From Dehalococcoidia bacterium (GTDB taxonomy: Bacteria > Chloroflexota > Dehalococcoidia > Lucifugimonadales > UBA3495): a DNA stretch of 64,000 bases. Position 1 is the first letter of the stretch; each line of letters starts with the position of its first letter. Below, piece after piece: positions 17,254 through 26,645 of this stretch. The translations under genes were made by a program, and so were the position numbers. Location: positions 71,508 through 135,507 of the forward strand of contig OZ240220.1 of assembly GCA_965197655.1 (NCBI GenBank). The letters run 5' to 3'. A model generated the notes under the pieces. The model was not told where the DNA came from. It made no database searches and was given only the letters and a program-made list of their open reading frames with translations.

Positions 17254-18912
17254 TTGAACCAAAACTTGCGTGTTATACCACTGGGCGGCCTCGGCGAAAT
17301 CGGGAAAAACATGATGGCCCTGGAGTTCGGCGACGATATAATCGTCGTTGATTGCGGGGTTCAGTTTCCCTCCGAAGAAATGCTGGGTGTTGACCTGATT
17401 ATCCCCGATATTTCCTATTTGGTGGAGCGGTCCGACCGGGTTCGGGGCATCCTCATCACCCACGGCCACGAAGACCATATCGGCGCCCTGCCCTTCATTT
17501 TGCCTCGGCTGGATGTGCCGGTTTACGCTCCCCGACTGGCCCACGGCCTGATTTCGGTTAAGCTGCGGGAACACAGCGCCACTCGGGGCGCCGTGGTGGA
17601 GCCGATTGACCCGGATGTTGCTTACCAATTCGGCAGCAACTTTACGGCAAGTTGGTTCCGGGTCTGCCACAGCATCCCCGACGCAATGGGAATTGCTATC
17701 AAGACTCCTCTAGGCACGGTCATCCATACTGGCGATTTCAAGATTGACCACACCCCGGTAGATGGACATACCATAGACCTCAACACCCTGGCCCAGCACG
17801 GCAATGATGGTGTGCTGCTCCTGTGCTCCGACTCCACCTATGCGGAAATACCGGGCTATACTCCATCGGAGCAGATACTGAGCGATACCCTGGACCGGGC
17901 CGTTGGCGACGCCCCGGGCCGGGTGATGGTGGCTACCTTTGCCTCCCTCATCTCCCGCATTCAGCAGGTGATTGACGCCGCGGCGCGGCACAACCGCAAG
18001 GTTGGCATTGTGGGCCGCAGCATGGCGGACAACGTGAGTATGGCCGCCGAAATGGGCTACCTGACCCTGCCTCCGGGCATTCTCCTTACCCTTAACGAAA
18101 TTCGTGGCTTTCCCCCGGAGCAGGTCGTCTTGCTGACCACGGGCAGCCAGGGCGAACCAACTTCGGCATTGGTGCGCATCGCCAACCAGGACCACCGGGA
18201 TGTGTCGGTTATGGAGGGCGACACGGTGGTAATCTCGGCCACGCCGATTCCGGGCAATGAGCTATTGGTCAGCCGGACGATAGACAACCTGTTGCGGCAG
18301 GGGGCAAAGGTTTTATATGACCGGATTGCCACGGTGCACGTTCACGGCCACGCCAGCCAGGAAGAGCTGAAGATGATGCTCAGCTTGACCCGGCCGCGCT
18401 ACTTCGTCCCGGTGCATGGCGAGTACCGTCACCTGATGGCCCACGCTCGCCTGGCTTGGGATATGGGAGTGGCCGAAGCCGGCATTTTTGTGCTGGAGGA
18501 TGGCGACGTGCTGGAGTTGGCCGAGAGCGGCGGCAAGGTTGTAGAAACGGTCTCCGCCGGCCCCATCTTCATTGACGGGCCCAGCACCCGGGACCTCCAG
18601 AGCGAAGTGCTGCGGGAGCGGCGCGACCTGGCCAAGGATGGCGTGGTGGTGGTAGTGGTGTCTGCCGACCGGAAAACCGGCTGTCCCGCCCAACCGACCA
18701 AGGTGCTGGCGAGCGGCTTCATGGAAGCGTCGGAAACTGACGCCCTGTTCCCTCAACTGTCCGGCGCAGTTGACGCTCTGCTTACGGACCGGCCGGAACT
18801 TATTGATGACCCGGCCCGGATGAAGAATCTGGTCCGGGAAACCGTCCGGCGCTTCCTACAAACCGAAGCCCGCCGCCGACCTACTATTGTTCCGGTGTTG
18901 CTGGAAGTATAG
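17254..18912 (+). CDS. rnj: ribonuclease J
   Basis: 552 aa. Metallo-beta-lactamase motif THGHEDHIGALP, beta-CASP region and C-terminal domain. Confidence 0.92.
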   Translation: MNQNLRVIPLGGLGEIGKNMMALEFGDDIIVVDCGVQFPSEEMLGVDLIIPDISYLVERSDRVRGILITHGHEDHIGALPFILPRLDVPVYAPRLAHGLISVKLREHSATRGAVVEPIDPDVAYQFGSNFTASWFRVCHSIPDAMGIAIKTPLGTVIHTGDFKIDHTPVDGHTIDLNTLAQHGNDGVLLLCSDSTYAEIPGYTPSEQILSDTLDRAVGDAPGRVMVATFASLISRIQQVIDAAARHNRKVGIVGRSMADNVSMAAEMGYLTLPPGILLTLNEIRGFPPEQVVLLTTGSQGEPTSALVRIANQDHRDVSVMEGDTVVISATPIPGNELLVSRTIDNLLRQGAKVLYDRIATVHVHGHASQEELKMMLSLTRPRYFVPVHGEYRHLMAHARLAWDMGVAEAGIFVLEDGDVLELAESGGKVVETVSAGPIFIDGPSTRDLQSEVLRERRDLAKDGVVVVVVSADRKTGCPAQPTKVLASGFMEASETDALFPQLSGAVDALLTDRPELIDDPARMKNLVRETVRRFLQTEARRRPTIVPVLLEV

Positions 18913-19074
18913 TCGTCCGGTTGGGTTAGAGTGACTGGCTCTGACCCAACCGCAAATCTCTCCGGCAACCCCGGAACCACAGAAATCCTGCCCCTTTATT
19001 CCTTTAAGTTTTTCCACCGACTCCGCTACGATAGAAATGTCGTAGTAATTTCTTCTGTTTTCTTGGGAGTCAAT

Positions 19075-21276
19075 ATGGTGGAATCCGCACGACCCGTGCG
19101 CCGCGCCGCTTCTTCGTTGAATAACGCCGGGCTTCATTCCCGGGTATTCCTCTTGCTGGACCTGCTCATCATTTTGTCCGTCCTGGCGGCGGCAGTTGTG
19201 GTGTTCTGGCTTTACGAGGACTTCAGGGTTCGAGCTTACACTGCCCTGGGCTATGGTTGGGTTCCCGTTGCGCTCTGGGGACTGGCCGTCGTAGCCACCC
19301 TGCGTTACCGCCCCCGTTGGCTGTTCCGCCCCTGGAACTGGTGGCTAGCCGGGGCTGGCCTGGCGGCGCTGGCGGTAGGGACGCTGTCTTTCTTTGACGC
19401 CGGCTACGGTGCATTGGCTTTCGCCAGCTTGGGCGGTCATTGGGGCAGCGCAATGGTTGGAGAATCGCAAGTTTGGGGAATTGCACGCCTGCTGGCTATC
19501 GCGCTGATAATCCCGCTGCTACTCAGTCCCCGAAAAGCCGGACAGAGCTATGGGGTTGTCCTGTTTACTTTGGGCAAGGGCATTTGGTACGCCGCATATT
19601 ACCTGTGGCGTGGGACCAGGTATTTGGCCCGACTCATCGGTGGAGGTGTTAGAACCCTATGCAACGGCGAGACCCGGCCCCGTTGGATTACTGCCGTGCT
19701 GCATTTGCCGGGGCGCCTCTTTATGACCCTGACCGGCAAATTAAGCCGCCGGGCCGTGGTCGATGCCGATGCCGATGCCGATGCCGCACCGGAAAATACC
19801 CCGGCGAGTGAGGCGGCCCCGGCCCCGCCGACTGCTCCGGTAAATATGGCTCCGGTGGCGGTCAAAGGTTCCCAATGGGGTCTGCCGCCGGTGGACTTGC
19901 TGGCCCCGGTCGAAACGCATGAAGCCGACGACAAGCCGCTGAAGAAAATGGCGGAAAATATCGAGAGCGCCCTGGCCGACCACGGGGTAAGCGTGGAGGT
20001 TACCGATATTAAGTCCGGGCCGCGGATTGTCCGCTTTGGCTTGATGCCCGGGTGGGTGGAAAAAAATGCGCGGCAGAACAAGGATGACAGCCTGCACGCC
20101 AGGGAGCGCCGCCGGGTTCAGGTGGGCAGCATCATGGCCCGGGAGCGTGACCTGGCGTTGGCAATCAGCGCGCCCAGCCTCCGGTTCGAGCAGTCCTCCG
20201 GCGAGGCGCTTCTGGGACTGGAATTGCCGACCCCCATGCCCAGCAAGGTTACGATGCGGGAGGTTATGGACTCCCAGGGTTTCCGCAAGATAACCGGCAA
20301 GGGCGGGCTGCCTATCGCCTTGGGCGCCGACACTGGTGGGGAGCCGGTGGCGATGGACTTGTCCGCCCTGCCGCACATGATGATTGCCGGCTCCACCGGC
20401 AGCGGCAAAAGCGTCTGCATCAATTCCATTATCGCCTCCTTTCTGATGACCAAGCCGCCGGACCAGCTCAGGATGTTAATGGTGGACCCCAAGCAGGTGG
20501 AGTTGACGCCCTTCAACGGCATCCCGCACCTGGTAGTTCCGGTAATCAAGGACGTGGATGACGTAAGCCCGATGCTAAAGGGCCTGGTTAGGGAGATGAA
20601 CCGGCGCTATAAGGCGATGTCGGAAATCGGTGTCCGCAACATCGCAGGCTATAACGGCAAGTCCAAAGACCCGATGCCCTATCTGGTGTTGATAGTGGAT
20701 GAGTTGGCCGACCTGATGATGGTGGGCGGCCAGGAGGTGGAGCATTCCCTGATGCGGCTGGCGCAAATGGGCCGGGCTTCCGGCATCCACCTGGTACTGG
20801 CTACCCAGCGTCCCTCCAAGCAGGTGGTTACCGGCCTGCTCAAGGCCAACATTCCGGCGAAAGTATCCTTTGCCGTAGCAAATCAGGTGGATTCCCGGGT
20901 AGTCCTGGACTCGGTTGGCGCCGAAAAGCTGCTGGGCAAGGGAGATATGCTGCTGTTAAACAACGATAACCCCAGACCGCGCCGGGTGCAGGGGACGCTG
21001 GTGCTGGATGAGGAAATTGAGGAGTTGGTGGGCTTCTGGCTGGAACAGAAAGGCCCGCCCCTCCCCGTAATATCCCTGGAAGATGCGGAGGATGGCGAGG
21101 AAGATGATGATGAAGACGCAGTGGACGAAACGATGCTGGAAAAGGCCCGGGAACTGGCCCTGCGCAACCCGAGCCTGACTTCATCCCTGCTGGAACGTCG
21201 GCTCAAAATCGGGGGCAGCCGGGCCGCCCAAATCGTTGAAAGGCTGGAAGAGGAGGGACTGCTGATAACTCGCTAA
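19075..21276 (+). CDS. ftsK: DNA translocase FtsK/SpoIIIE
   Basis: N-terminal membrane helices, Walker A GSTGSGKS, Walker B LVLIVDELADLMM and a C-terminal gamma winged-helix (LLERRLKIGGSRAAQIVERLEEEG). ATG 19075 (GGGAG 5 nt upstream) is preferred to track GTG 18931. Confidence 0.9.
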   Translation: MVESARPVRRAASSLNNAGLHSRVFLLLDLLIILSVLAAAVVVFWLYEDFRVRAYTALGYGWVPVALWGLAVVATLRYRPRWLFRPWNWWLAGAGLAALAVGTLSFFDAGYGALAFASLGGHWGSAMVGESQVWGIARLLAIALIIPLLLSPRKAGQSYGVVLFTLGKGIWYAAYYLWRGTRYLARLIGGGVRTLCNGETRPRWITAVLHLPGRLFMTLTGKLSRRAVVDADADADAAPENTPASEAAPAPPTAPVNMAPVAVKGSQWGLPPVDLLAPVETHEADDKPLKKMAENIESALADHGVSVEVTDIKSGPRIVRFGLMPGWVEKNARQNKDDSLHARERRRVQVGSIMARERDLALAISAPSLRFEQSSGEALLGLELPTPMPSKVTMREVMDSQGFRKITGKGGLPIALGADTGGEPVAMDLSALPHMMIAGSTGSGKSVCINSIIASFLMTKPPDQLRMLMVDPKQVELTPFNGIPHLVVPVIKDVDDVSPMLKGLVREMNRRYKAMSEIGVRNIAGYNGKSKDPMPYLVLIVDELADLMMVGGQEVEHSLMRLAQMGRASGIHLVLATQRPSKQVVTGLLKANIPAKVSFAVANQVDSRVVLDSVGAEKLLGKGDMLLLNNDNPRPRRVQGTLVLDEEIEELVGFWLEQKGPPLPVISLEDAEDGEEDDDEDAVDETMLEKARELALRNPSLTSSLLERRLKIGGSRAAQIVERLEEEGLLITR

Positions 21277-21318
21277 CGCTGACGGGGGTATTTCCAAGGT
21301 GTGTTGGCTTAACCGCGA

Positions 21319-21346
21319 TGTAGGGACGGGTTTCAAACCTGCCCCC
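21319..21346. repeat. short hairpin repeat (GGGCGGGTTTCAAACCCGCCC family)
   Basis: GTAGGGACGGGTTTCAAACCTGCCCCCA. Related copies lie at 23453-23466/23657-23672, 24816-24843 and 56709-56732. Confidence 0.7.
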
Positions 21347-21362
21347 ACGTCAAGAACTGACT

Positions 21363-21392
21363 TGTAGGGTCAACCCTGGTGGTTGCCCTACG
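21363..21392. repeat. short hairpin repeat (TAGGGGCAACCnnnGTGGTTGCCC family)
   Basis: TGTAGGGTCAACCCTGGTGGTTGCCCTACG. Related copies lie at 25395-25426 and 29933-29960. Confidence 0.7.
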
Positions 21393-21434
21393 CATCCCGC
21401 AACCCTGTTCAGAATCGAAACCCCCTCTTGTCTC

Positions 21435-21570
21435 ACAGGGCTATCGCACTAGGATTGAAAGCTATCCGTCGTACCTCCGAAAGCAGGAACCTAAAATGTT
21501 GCGGGCAGAGATTCCTGCTTTCGCAGGAACGACGGGAAAGGGGAATCTGCCATCACGTGCGATAGCCCTG
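21435..21570. mobile_element. MITE type 1 (twin GGAAC-hairpin core), archetype copy
   Basis: TIRs CAGGGCTATCGCA / TGCGATAGCCCTG. The core is two inverted hairpin units (CGTCGTaCCTCCGAAAGCAGGAACC ... GATTCCTGCTTTCGCAGGAACGACG). It is flanked by TCTTGTCT at 21426-21433 and 21571-21578. Confidence 0.85.
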
Positions 21571-21669
21571 TCTTGTCTTAAAGACACGCCTGATTAGCGG
21601 CGCCCCTTTGTGTTATTATTGGTCTGTTGGGCGGCGCTGCCCGGCAGACCAACTCTTTTGCCCTGACGA

Positions 21670-22350
21670 TTGTTGCCATTGCTTATTGACCTGCATACCC
21701 ACAGTTATCCCAAATCCGATGACAGCTTTGCCGGCGTAGATGATTTTATAGACCGGGCCAAGGCTTTGGGATTGGACGGGATTTGCCTGACCGACCACGA
21801 CGAGTTCTGGCCCCGCGACTCCGTGCGGGACCTGTCGCTGCGCCATAACTTTCTGGTGCTGCCCGGCAGCGAAATCAACACCGATTCCGGCCACATTCTG
21901 GTTTTTGGCCTTGACAAGTACGTTTTTGGCCTGCACAAGCCGGCCTTTCTCCGCCGGTTGGTGGATTGTTGCGAAGGTGTAATGATCGCTGCTCACCCCT
22001 ACCGGCGGCGTTTCCTGGCCGACCCGGGGCGACAACCCCAGGCCAGGGCGGAAATGCTGGAGCGGGCGGTCTCCGATGATTTCTTCCCGCTTTGCGACGC
22101 TATCGAGGGGATTAACGGGCGCGGTCTGCCGGCGGAAAACGACTTTTCCCGGGACTTGGGAACGGCGGTTGGCCTGAAGTTCACCGGGGGCAGCGACGCC
22201 CACCGTCTGGAACAATTAGGCACCGTAGCCACCCGCTTTGAACGTCCCGTCCGGTGCTTGGCGGACCTTATTCAGGAAATCAAGGGTGGCCGGTTTCAGC
22301 CGGAGGTGCTGGCCGGAGGTTTGGAGCAGGTCGCTGGGCGGACCGAATGA
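21670..22350 (+). CDS. PHP-domain metal-dependent phosphoesterase
   Basis: IDLHTHSYPKSDDS, ICLTDHD and GGSDAHRLEQLG are PHP-domain motifs. TTG start. Confidence 0.8.
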   Translation: MLPLLIDLHTHSYPKSDDSFAGVDDFIDRAKALGLDGICLTDHDEFWPRDSVRDLSLRHNFLVLPGSEINTDSGHILVFGLDKYVFGLHKPAFLRRLVDCCEGVMIAAHPYRRRFLADPGRQPQARAEMLERAVSDDFFPLCDAIEGINGRGLPAENDFSRDLGTAVGLKFTGGSDAHRLEQLGTVATRFERPVRCLADLIQEIKGGRFQPEVLAGGLEQVAGRTE

Positions 22351-22432
22351 TCTCCGGGTTGGTCATGCTCAAATGACCGGATGCGTCCCGCAGGAAAGAC
22401 GCTAACCACTAAATTAGGGTAGGTAGAACAAA

Positions 22433-23404
22433 ATGGCCGAGGCGCTGAGAGTAGAAAACTTGCAGGTGGAGTTTGAGACCGTTGGCGGCCAGGTAAAGGC
22501 GCTGAACGGCGTCAGCTTTTCCCAGGAAGAAAATCAGGTCTTTTGCGTTGTCGGGGAAAGTGGCGCTGGCAAGAGCACCCTGGCCCTGGCGATTATGGGA
22601 CTGCTCCCGCCGTCGGCCCGGGTCTTGCAGGGCAGCATTTACTTTGGCGGCGTGGACCTGCTGCGGGCCAGCCCGGAGTATTTGCGCAGCATCCGCGGCA
22701 AGGAAATATCAATGGTGTTTCAGGACGCGCAAACTGCCCTGAACCCGGTCAAGACGGTAGGCTCCCAGCTTGAAGAGGTCATCCTGACCCACACCGACAA
22801 GTCGGCCCGAGAGGCAAACCGGATGGCCCAGGAAGTATTGCGAGAATTGGGGATGCCCGACCCGCGCCGTATTCTGGGCGAGTATCCCTTTAACCTCAGC
22901 GGCGGAATGTGCCAGCGGGTAATGCTGGCGATTGCCCTGGTGATGCAGCCGCGGCTGCTTATCGCCGACGAGGCTACTTCGGGCCTGGACGTTACCTTGC
23001 AAGCGGAAATCCTGGAGCGGCTGAAGCGTCTCTGCCGGGAGCTAAACTCGGCGATTCTGCTCATCACCCACGACCTGGGCATTGTGGCCCACATGGGCAA
23101 CCGGGTGGCGGTGATGTACGGCGGTTCCCTGGCCGAGACTGCGGACGTTATCCCACTGTTCCAGGAACCGCGTCACCCCTACACCTGGTCGCTCATCCAA
23201 TCCCTGCCCCGGCTGGATGACGTGGGCAAGCGGCTGCGTCCCCTGCGGGGCAGCCCGCCGGATATGCTCAATCTGCCGCAGGAGTGCGCCTTTCTGCCCC
23301 GCTGTCAGAAAGCCCTGAGCCGCTGCCGCCAAGAACCGCGTCCCGCCCTGACGGAGATTGACGCCGATCATTGGGTCGCCTGCTTTAACCCGATGGCGCC
23401 GTGA
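22433..23404 (+). CDS. ABC transporter ATP-binding protein (DppD/OppD type), orphan
   Basis: Walker A GESGAGKST, signature LSGGMCQRV, Walker B LLIADEATSGLD and the oligopeptide C-terminal extension (HPYTWSLIQSLP, C..C..C). No adjacent permease or SBP. Confidence 0.9.
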   Translation: MAEALRVENLQVEFETVGGQVKALNGVSFSQEENQVFCVVGESGAGKSTLALAIMGLLPPSARVLQGSIYFGGVDLLRASPEYLRSIRGKEISMVFQDAQTALNPVKTVGSQLEEVILTHTDKSAREANRMAQEVLRELGMPDPRRILGEYPFNLSGGMCQRVMLAIALVMQPRLLIADEATSGLDVTLQAEILERLKRLCRELNSAILLITHDLGIVAHMGNRVAVMYGGSLAETADVIPLFQEPRHPYTWSLIQSLPRLDDVGKRLRPLRGSPPDMLNLPQECAFLPRCQKALSRCRQEPRPALTEIDADHWVACFNPMAP

Positions 23405-23450
23405 CTCAGGGGTAGGTCTCTGTTGCCCGCCTCTTTGTCGCCCCGCTGCC

Positions 23451-23672
23451 TGGGCGGGTTTCAAAGCATCTGTTCCAACTAATTGGTCATTAGAAACTAA
23501 TGAATCGTCCTACAAGCGTCTTGCTCGTCGGGTGACCCTTATCCGTCGTTCCTGCGCAGGCAGGAACCTAAAACCTTGAGGCCAGAGGTTCCTGCCTGCG
23601 CAGGAACGACGGATAACCTGCTTCCCCATTGAGCAGTCAATTAGTTGGAACCAATGGTTTCAAACCCGCCCC
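23451..23672. repeat. composite palindromic element with a type-1 hairpin core and different, about 36-nt outer arms
   Basis: Outer arm TGGGCGGGTTTCAAAGCATCTGTTCCAACTAATTGG pairs with CAATTAGTTGGAACCAATGGTTTCAAACCCGCCCC. The core CCGTCGTTCCTGCGCAGGCAGGAACC...GGTTCCTGCCTGCGCAGGAACGACGG is at 23541-23612. Confidence 0.7.
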
Positions 23673-23701
23673 TATCGCGCAGCCTTTTCTATTCTCCGCC
23701 G

Positions 23702-24766
23702 CTATCCCCGGCCTGAACCCGCCAGGTCGGCCACCAGCAGTTCCAGGGCCAGGTCTTCCGAATCTACTTGTCCGGTCTTGATCGCCAGGTCGGTTTCCAA
23801 CAATCGCTGGTAGCGGCGGTTGATGTCGGGCCAGGAATTGCGGCGGGCCTGTTCCACCGCTCGCCGCACGGCAAAGGGAGGTACGCCCAGCTTGCCGGCC
23901 ATTTCCGGTTGGGGAATCCGCTGCTCCGACCAGTAGCGGGCCAGGGCGACCAGCCTTAACTGCCGTTCCACCATTCCGATGATGTAGGGCAGGGCGGCGC
24001 CGTCCTGGCGCAGCTTTTGCAGCAAACGCAGGGCCACGCCCGGCCGGCCGTCAATCATCGCGTCCACGGCGTTGAAGATGCTGGCTTCCCGCACCTGGGA
24101 GACCAACTCCTGTATATCCGCCTCTTCAATGCTCCGCCCGGTGGCGTAAAGGGACAGTTTTTCCAGTTCCCGGTCCAAGGTCCAGAGGTCGTTGCCCACC
24201 AGGTCGGTCAGGGTCTTGATGGCCGCCGGGCTGATGCCGGCGCCCTTTTGCTGGGCCAGTTCCTTGACGTAGCGGGCCAGCGCCTCGCCACCGGGGGCGG
24301 CCAAGTGCTGCACCTGGGCCACCGGCTTCAACTCCCGGAGCAGGGGGTTGGAATCGTTGAGGGCGTGGTCAACCAGGAACAGCCGGGTGGTGTCCGGCAT
24401 CAAGGGGATAGCGGCGGCCAAGCCGTCCCAGTCACCCTGGGCGCGGCTTGAGGCGGTGGAGCGGCTCGTCCGGCCCCGGCTGCCCCCACTACCCCTACTA
24501 CCCCGACCGGAGCGGCCATCCTGCGTCGCCAGCAGGCCCGTCACCACTACCAGGCGGCAGACATCCATAAAGGGCAGGGCATTGCAGACAGACAGCAATT
24601 CCGGGAGTATTACCTGGCTGCCGTTGAGTTGGTGGCGGTTGGCCTCCAGCAACGCGTCGGCCCCGGCCTCTCTTTCCAGCTTTTTCAGTTCTTCGGAGAC
24701 TAGAAAGCTGTCTCCATAGAGGACGTTAGTGGGCAAAGTTCCTCCGGGGCCAGGCGATTTTGTCAC
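23702..24766 (-). CDS. holA: DNA polymerase III subunit delta
   Basis: 354 aa. The N-terminal LYGDSFLVSEELKKLE and helical C-terminal domains are typical of HolA. It contains a low-complexity GRSGRGSRGSGGSRGR insert. Confidence 0.8.
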   Translation of the reverse strand: MTKSPGPGGTLPTNVLYGDSFLVSEELKKLEREAGADALLEANRHQLNGSQVILPELLSVCNALPFMDVCRLVVVTGLLATQDGRSGRGSRGSGGSRGRTSRSTASSRAQGDWDGLAAAIPLMPDTTRLFLVDHALNDSNPLLRELKPVAQVQHLAAPGGEALARYVKELAQQKGAGISPAAIKTLTDLVGNDLWTLDRELEKLSLYATGRSIEEADIQELVSQVREASIFNAVDAMIDGRPGVALRLLQKLRQDGAALPYIIGMVERQLRLVALARYWSEQRIPQPEMAGKLGVPPFAVRRAVEQARRNSWPDINRRYQRLLETDLAIKTGQVDSEDLALELLVADLAGSGRG

Positions 24767-24815
24767 TTAATACGTGGCCGGGAAAGTTACCGGGTTATCT
24801 TATCTGAACGAATTG

Positions 24816-24888
24816 GTAGGGGCGGGTTTGAAACCCGCCCTGGGTCAAAGGCGACGAGGTTCCTGCCTGCGCAGGAACGACGGGTAGC
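24816..24888. repeat. GGGCGGGTTTGAAACCCGCCC hairpin plus a solo type-1 hairpin unit
   Basis: GTAGGGGCGGGTTTGAAACCCGCCCTGG followed by GGTTCCTGCCTGCGCAGGAACGACGG. Confidence 0.7.
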
Positions 24889-24925
24889 TGATTTGGCCGA
24901 CGGTGGCCCGTGTCGGCTGCCGGAA

Positions 24926-25351
24926 TTATCCGTTAGGCCGTTCCACCAACTCGGTCAAAATGCCGAAGACCGAGCGGGGGTGAATGAAGGCGATGTCGCC
25001 GGACAGCCCTTCCCGGGGTTCCCGGTCAATCAATTGCAGACCCAGCCCGTCCACGATTTGCAGCTTGCCGGGCAGGTCGGTTACATAGAATGCCAGGTGG
25101 TGCATACCTTCGCCCCGCCGCTCGATAAAGCGGCCAATGGTGGTATCCGCCGCCGTTGGCTCCATTAGTTCCAACCGGGTCTGGCCCACCTGGACCAGCG
25201 CGCCCCGGATGCCCTGGTCGTCCAGTTGCCGCACCTCGGCCAGGGGCGCCCCGAACACTTCGTGAAAGAGCTTCAGGGCTGCGTCAATGTCCTTGACCGC
25301 AATCCCTACGTGGTCGATGTAATCAACGGTGCAAACCGGCGTGTCGCTCAA
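24926..25351 (-). CDS. mce: methylmalonyl-CoA epimerase (VOC fold)
   Basis: 141 aa. IDHVGIAVKDIDAALKLF, LELMEP and GEGMHHLAF match the methylmalonyl-CoA epimerase subfamily. It lies near the mutase large subunit. Confidence 0.82.
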   Translation of the reverse strand: MSDTPVCTVDYIDHVGIAVKDIDAALKLFHEVFGAPLAEVRQLDDQGIRGALVQVGQTRLELMEPTAADTTIGRFIERRGEGMHHLAFYVTDLPGKLQIVDGLGLQLIDREPREGLSGDIAFIHPRSVFGILTELVERPNG

Positions 25352-25394
25352 GGTTAAACCTCTGGATTCCGGGTTGTGAAGTGTTTTGGCCCTG

Positions 25395-25426
25395 GCAGGG
25401 CAACCACAAGGATTGCCCCTACAAGC
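25395..25426. repeat. short hairpin repeat (GGGCAACCACAAGGATTGCCC)
   Basis: Same family as 21363-21392 and 29933-29960. Confidence 0.65.
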
Positions 25427-25443
25427 GATGTCGGAGGCCTGGG

Positions 25444-26598
25444 TTAGACCGGGTACTGGGCCAGGGTCTGCCGGGCGATAAGCAGCCGCTGCACTTCCGA
25501 GGTGCCTTCGTAGATGGTGGTTACTCGGGCATCCCGGAACAGCCGCTCCACCGGCGCATCCTTAAAGTAGCCGTAGCCGCCGTGTACCTGCAAGGCTTGA
25601 GAGGTGACGTTAACGCACATTTCGGAGGCGATGAGTTTCGCCATTGAAGCCTCGTTGATGTAGGGCAGCCCCTCATCCTTCAGGGTGGCTGCCTGCATCG
25701 TGGTGGTGCGGGCGGCGTACACCGCCGTAGCCATGTCGGCCAACATAAACTGGACGGCCTGGTGCTGGGCAATGGGACGGCCAAAGGTTTCCCGCTGCTG
25801 GGCGTAGCGCACCGCCTCTTCCAGGGCGGCCTGGCCGATGCCCACGCACTGGGCGGCAATGATTATCCGGCTGGAGTCCAGGATTTCCATGGCGTAGCGG
25901 AAGCCCCGGCCCTCTTCCCCCAACAGGTTTTCGGCGGGCACCGGGGTGTCCTGGAACACTACCTCGTTGGTGCTGGAGCCACGTATCCCCATCTTGCCGT
26001 GCAACGGGGTGACCTGCATCCCCGGCGCCCCCTGGGGGACGACGAATGCGCTGATGCCCCGGTAACCCTGGGAACGGTCCTGGGTGGCGAACACCACCAT
26101 AGACTCGGCCACGTCGGCGTTGGTAATGAACATCTTGCTGCCGTTGAGGAAGTAGGCGCCGTCCCGCTGCACCGCCGAGGTTTGCAGGGCTGCCGCGTCG
26201 GAGCCGCCGCCGGGTTCGGTCAGCGCCCAGGCCGCCACGCCTTTGCCGGAGGCCAGGGAGGGTACAAACCGCTGTTTCTGCTCCTCGTTGCCGAAGCGGT
26301 AGATGGTGCTGGTGCCGAGGGAGAGGTGGGCAATGAGGCCGGTGCTGGCGGCCAAGTCGCCCCGGGCGACTTCCTCGGCGGCAATGGCTACCTGGCGATA
26401 GCCGCCGCCGCTGCCCCCGTACCGCGGGTCAATGCCGATGCCGGTCAGCCCCAGCCGGGCCATGCCCTCCCAGTTCTGCCAGTCAAACTCCTCCTTCTCG
26501 TCCACTTCCCGGGCGTGGGGCGCCAACTCTCGGTCGGCAAAATCCCGAACCAGGTTTTGCAGCATTCGTTCTTCTTCTTTGAGCATCGGGTCGGGCAT
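25444..26598 (-). CDS. acyl-CoA dehydrogenase
   Basis: 384 aa with the three-domain ACAD pattern, including ALTEPGGGSD, FITNA and the C-terminal QVHGGYGY...RDARVTTIYEGTSEVQ. Confidence 0.92.
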   Translation of the reverse strand: MPDPMLKEEERMLQNLVRDFADRELAPHAREVDEKEEFDWQNWEGMARLGLTGIGIDPRYGGSGGGYRQVAIAAEEVARGDLAASTGLIAHLSLGTSTIYRFGNEEQKQRFVPSLASGKGVAAWALTEPGGGSDAAALQTSAVQRDGAYFLNGSKMFITNADVAESMVVFATQDRSQGYRGISAFVVPQGAPGMQVTPLHGKMGIRGSSTNEVVFQDTPVPAENLLGEEGRGFRYAMEILDSSRIIIAAQCVGIGQAALEEAVRYAQQRETFGRPIAQHQAVQFMLADMATAVYAARTTTMQAATLKDEGLPYINEASMAKLIASEMCVNVTSQALQVHGGYGYFKDAPVERLFRDARVTTIYEGTSEVQRLLIARQTLAQYPV

Positions 26599-26645
26599 AG
26601 CGTTGCTCCTCCAGTAAGGTGTCAGGTGGGGGTTTATCCGCCGGG

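Noticed and set aside
21379-21597. Small ORFs encoded inside repeats. Examples: 21379-21597, 29452-29709, 37610-37831, 41902-42138, 56722-56910, 58332-58544 and 5714-6048, with recurring peptides such as SFLRRQEPKTLRTEVPAFAGTT.
   Set aside because: The amino-acid similarity is a by-product of nucleotide repeats that occur in both orientations and in all frames. They have no RBS or consistent start.
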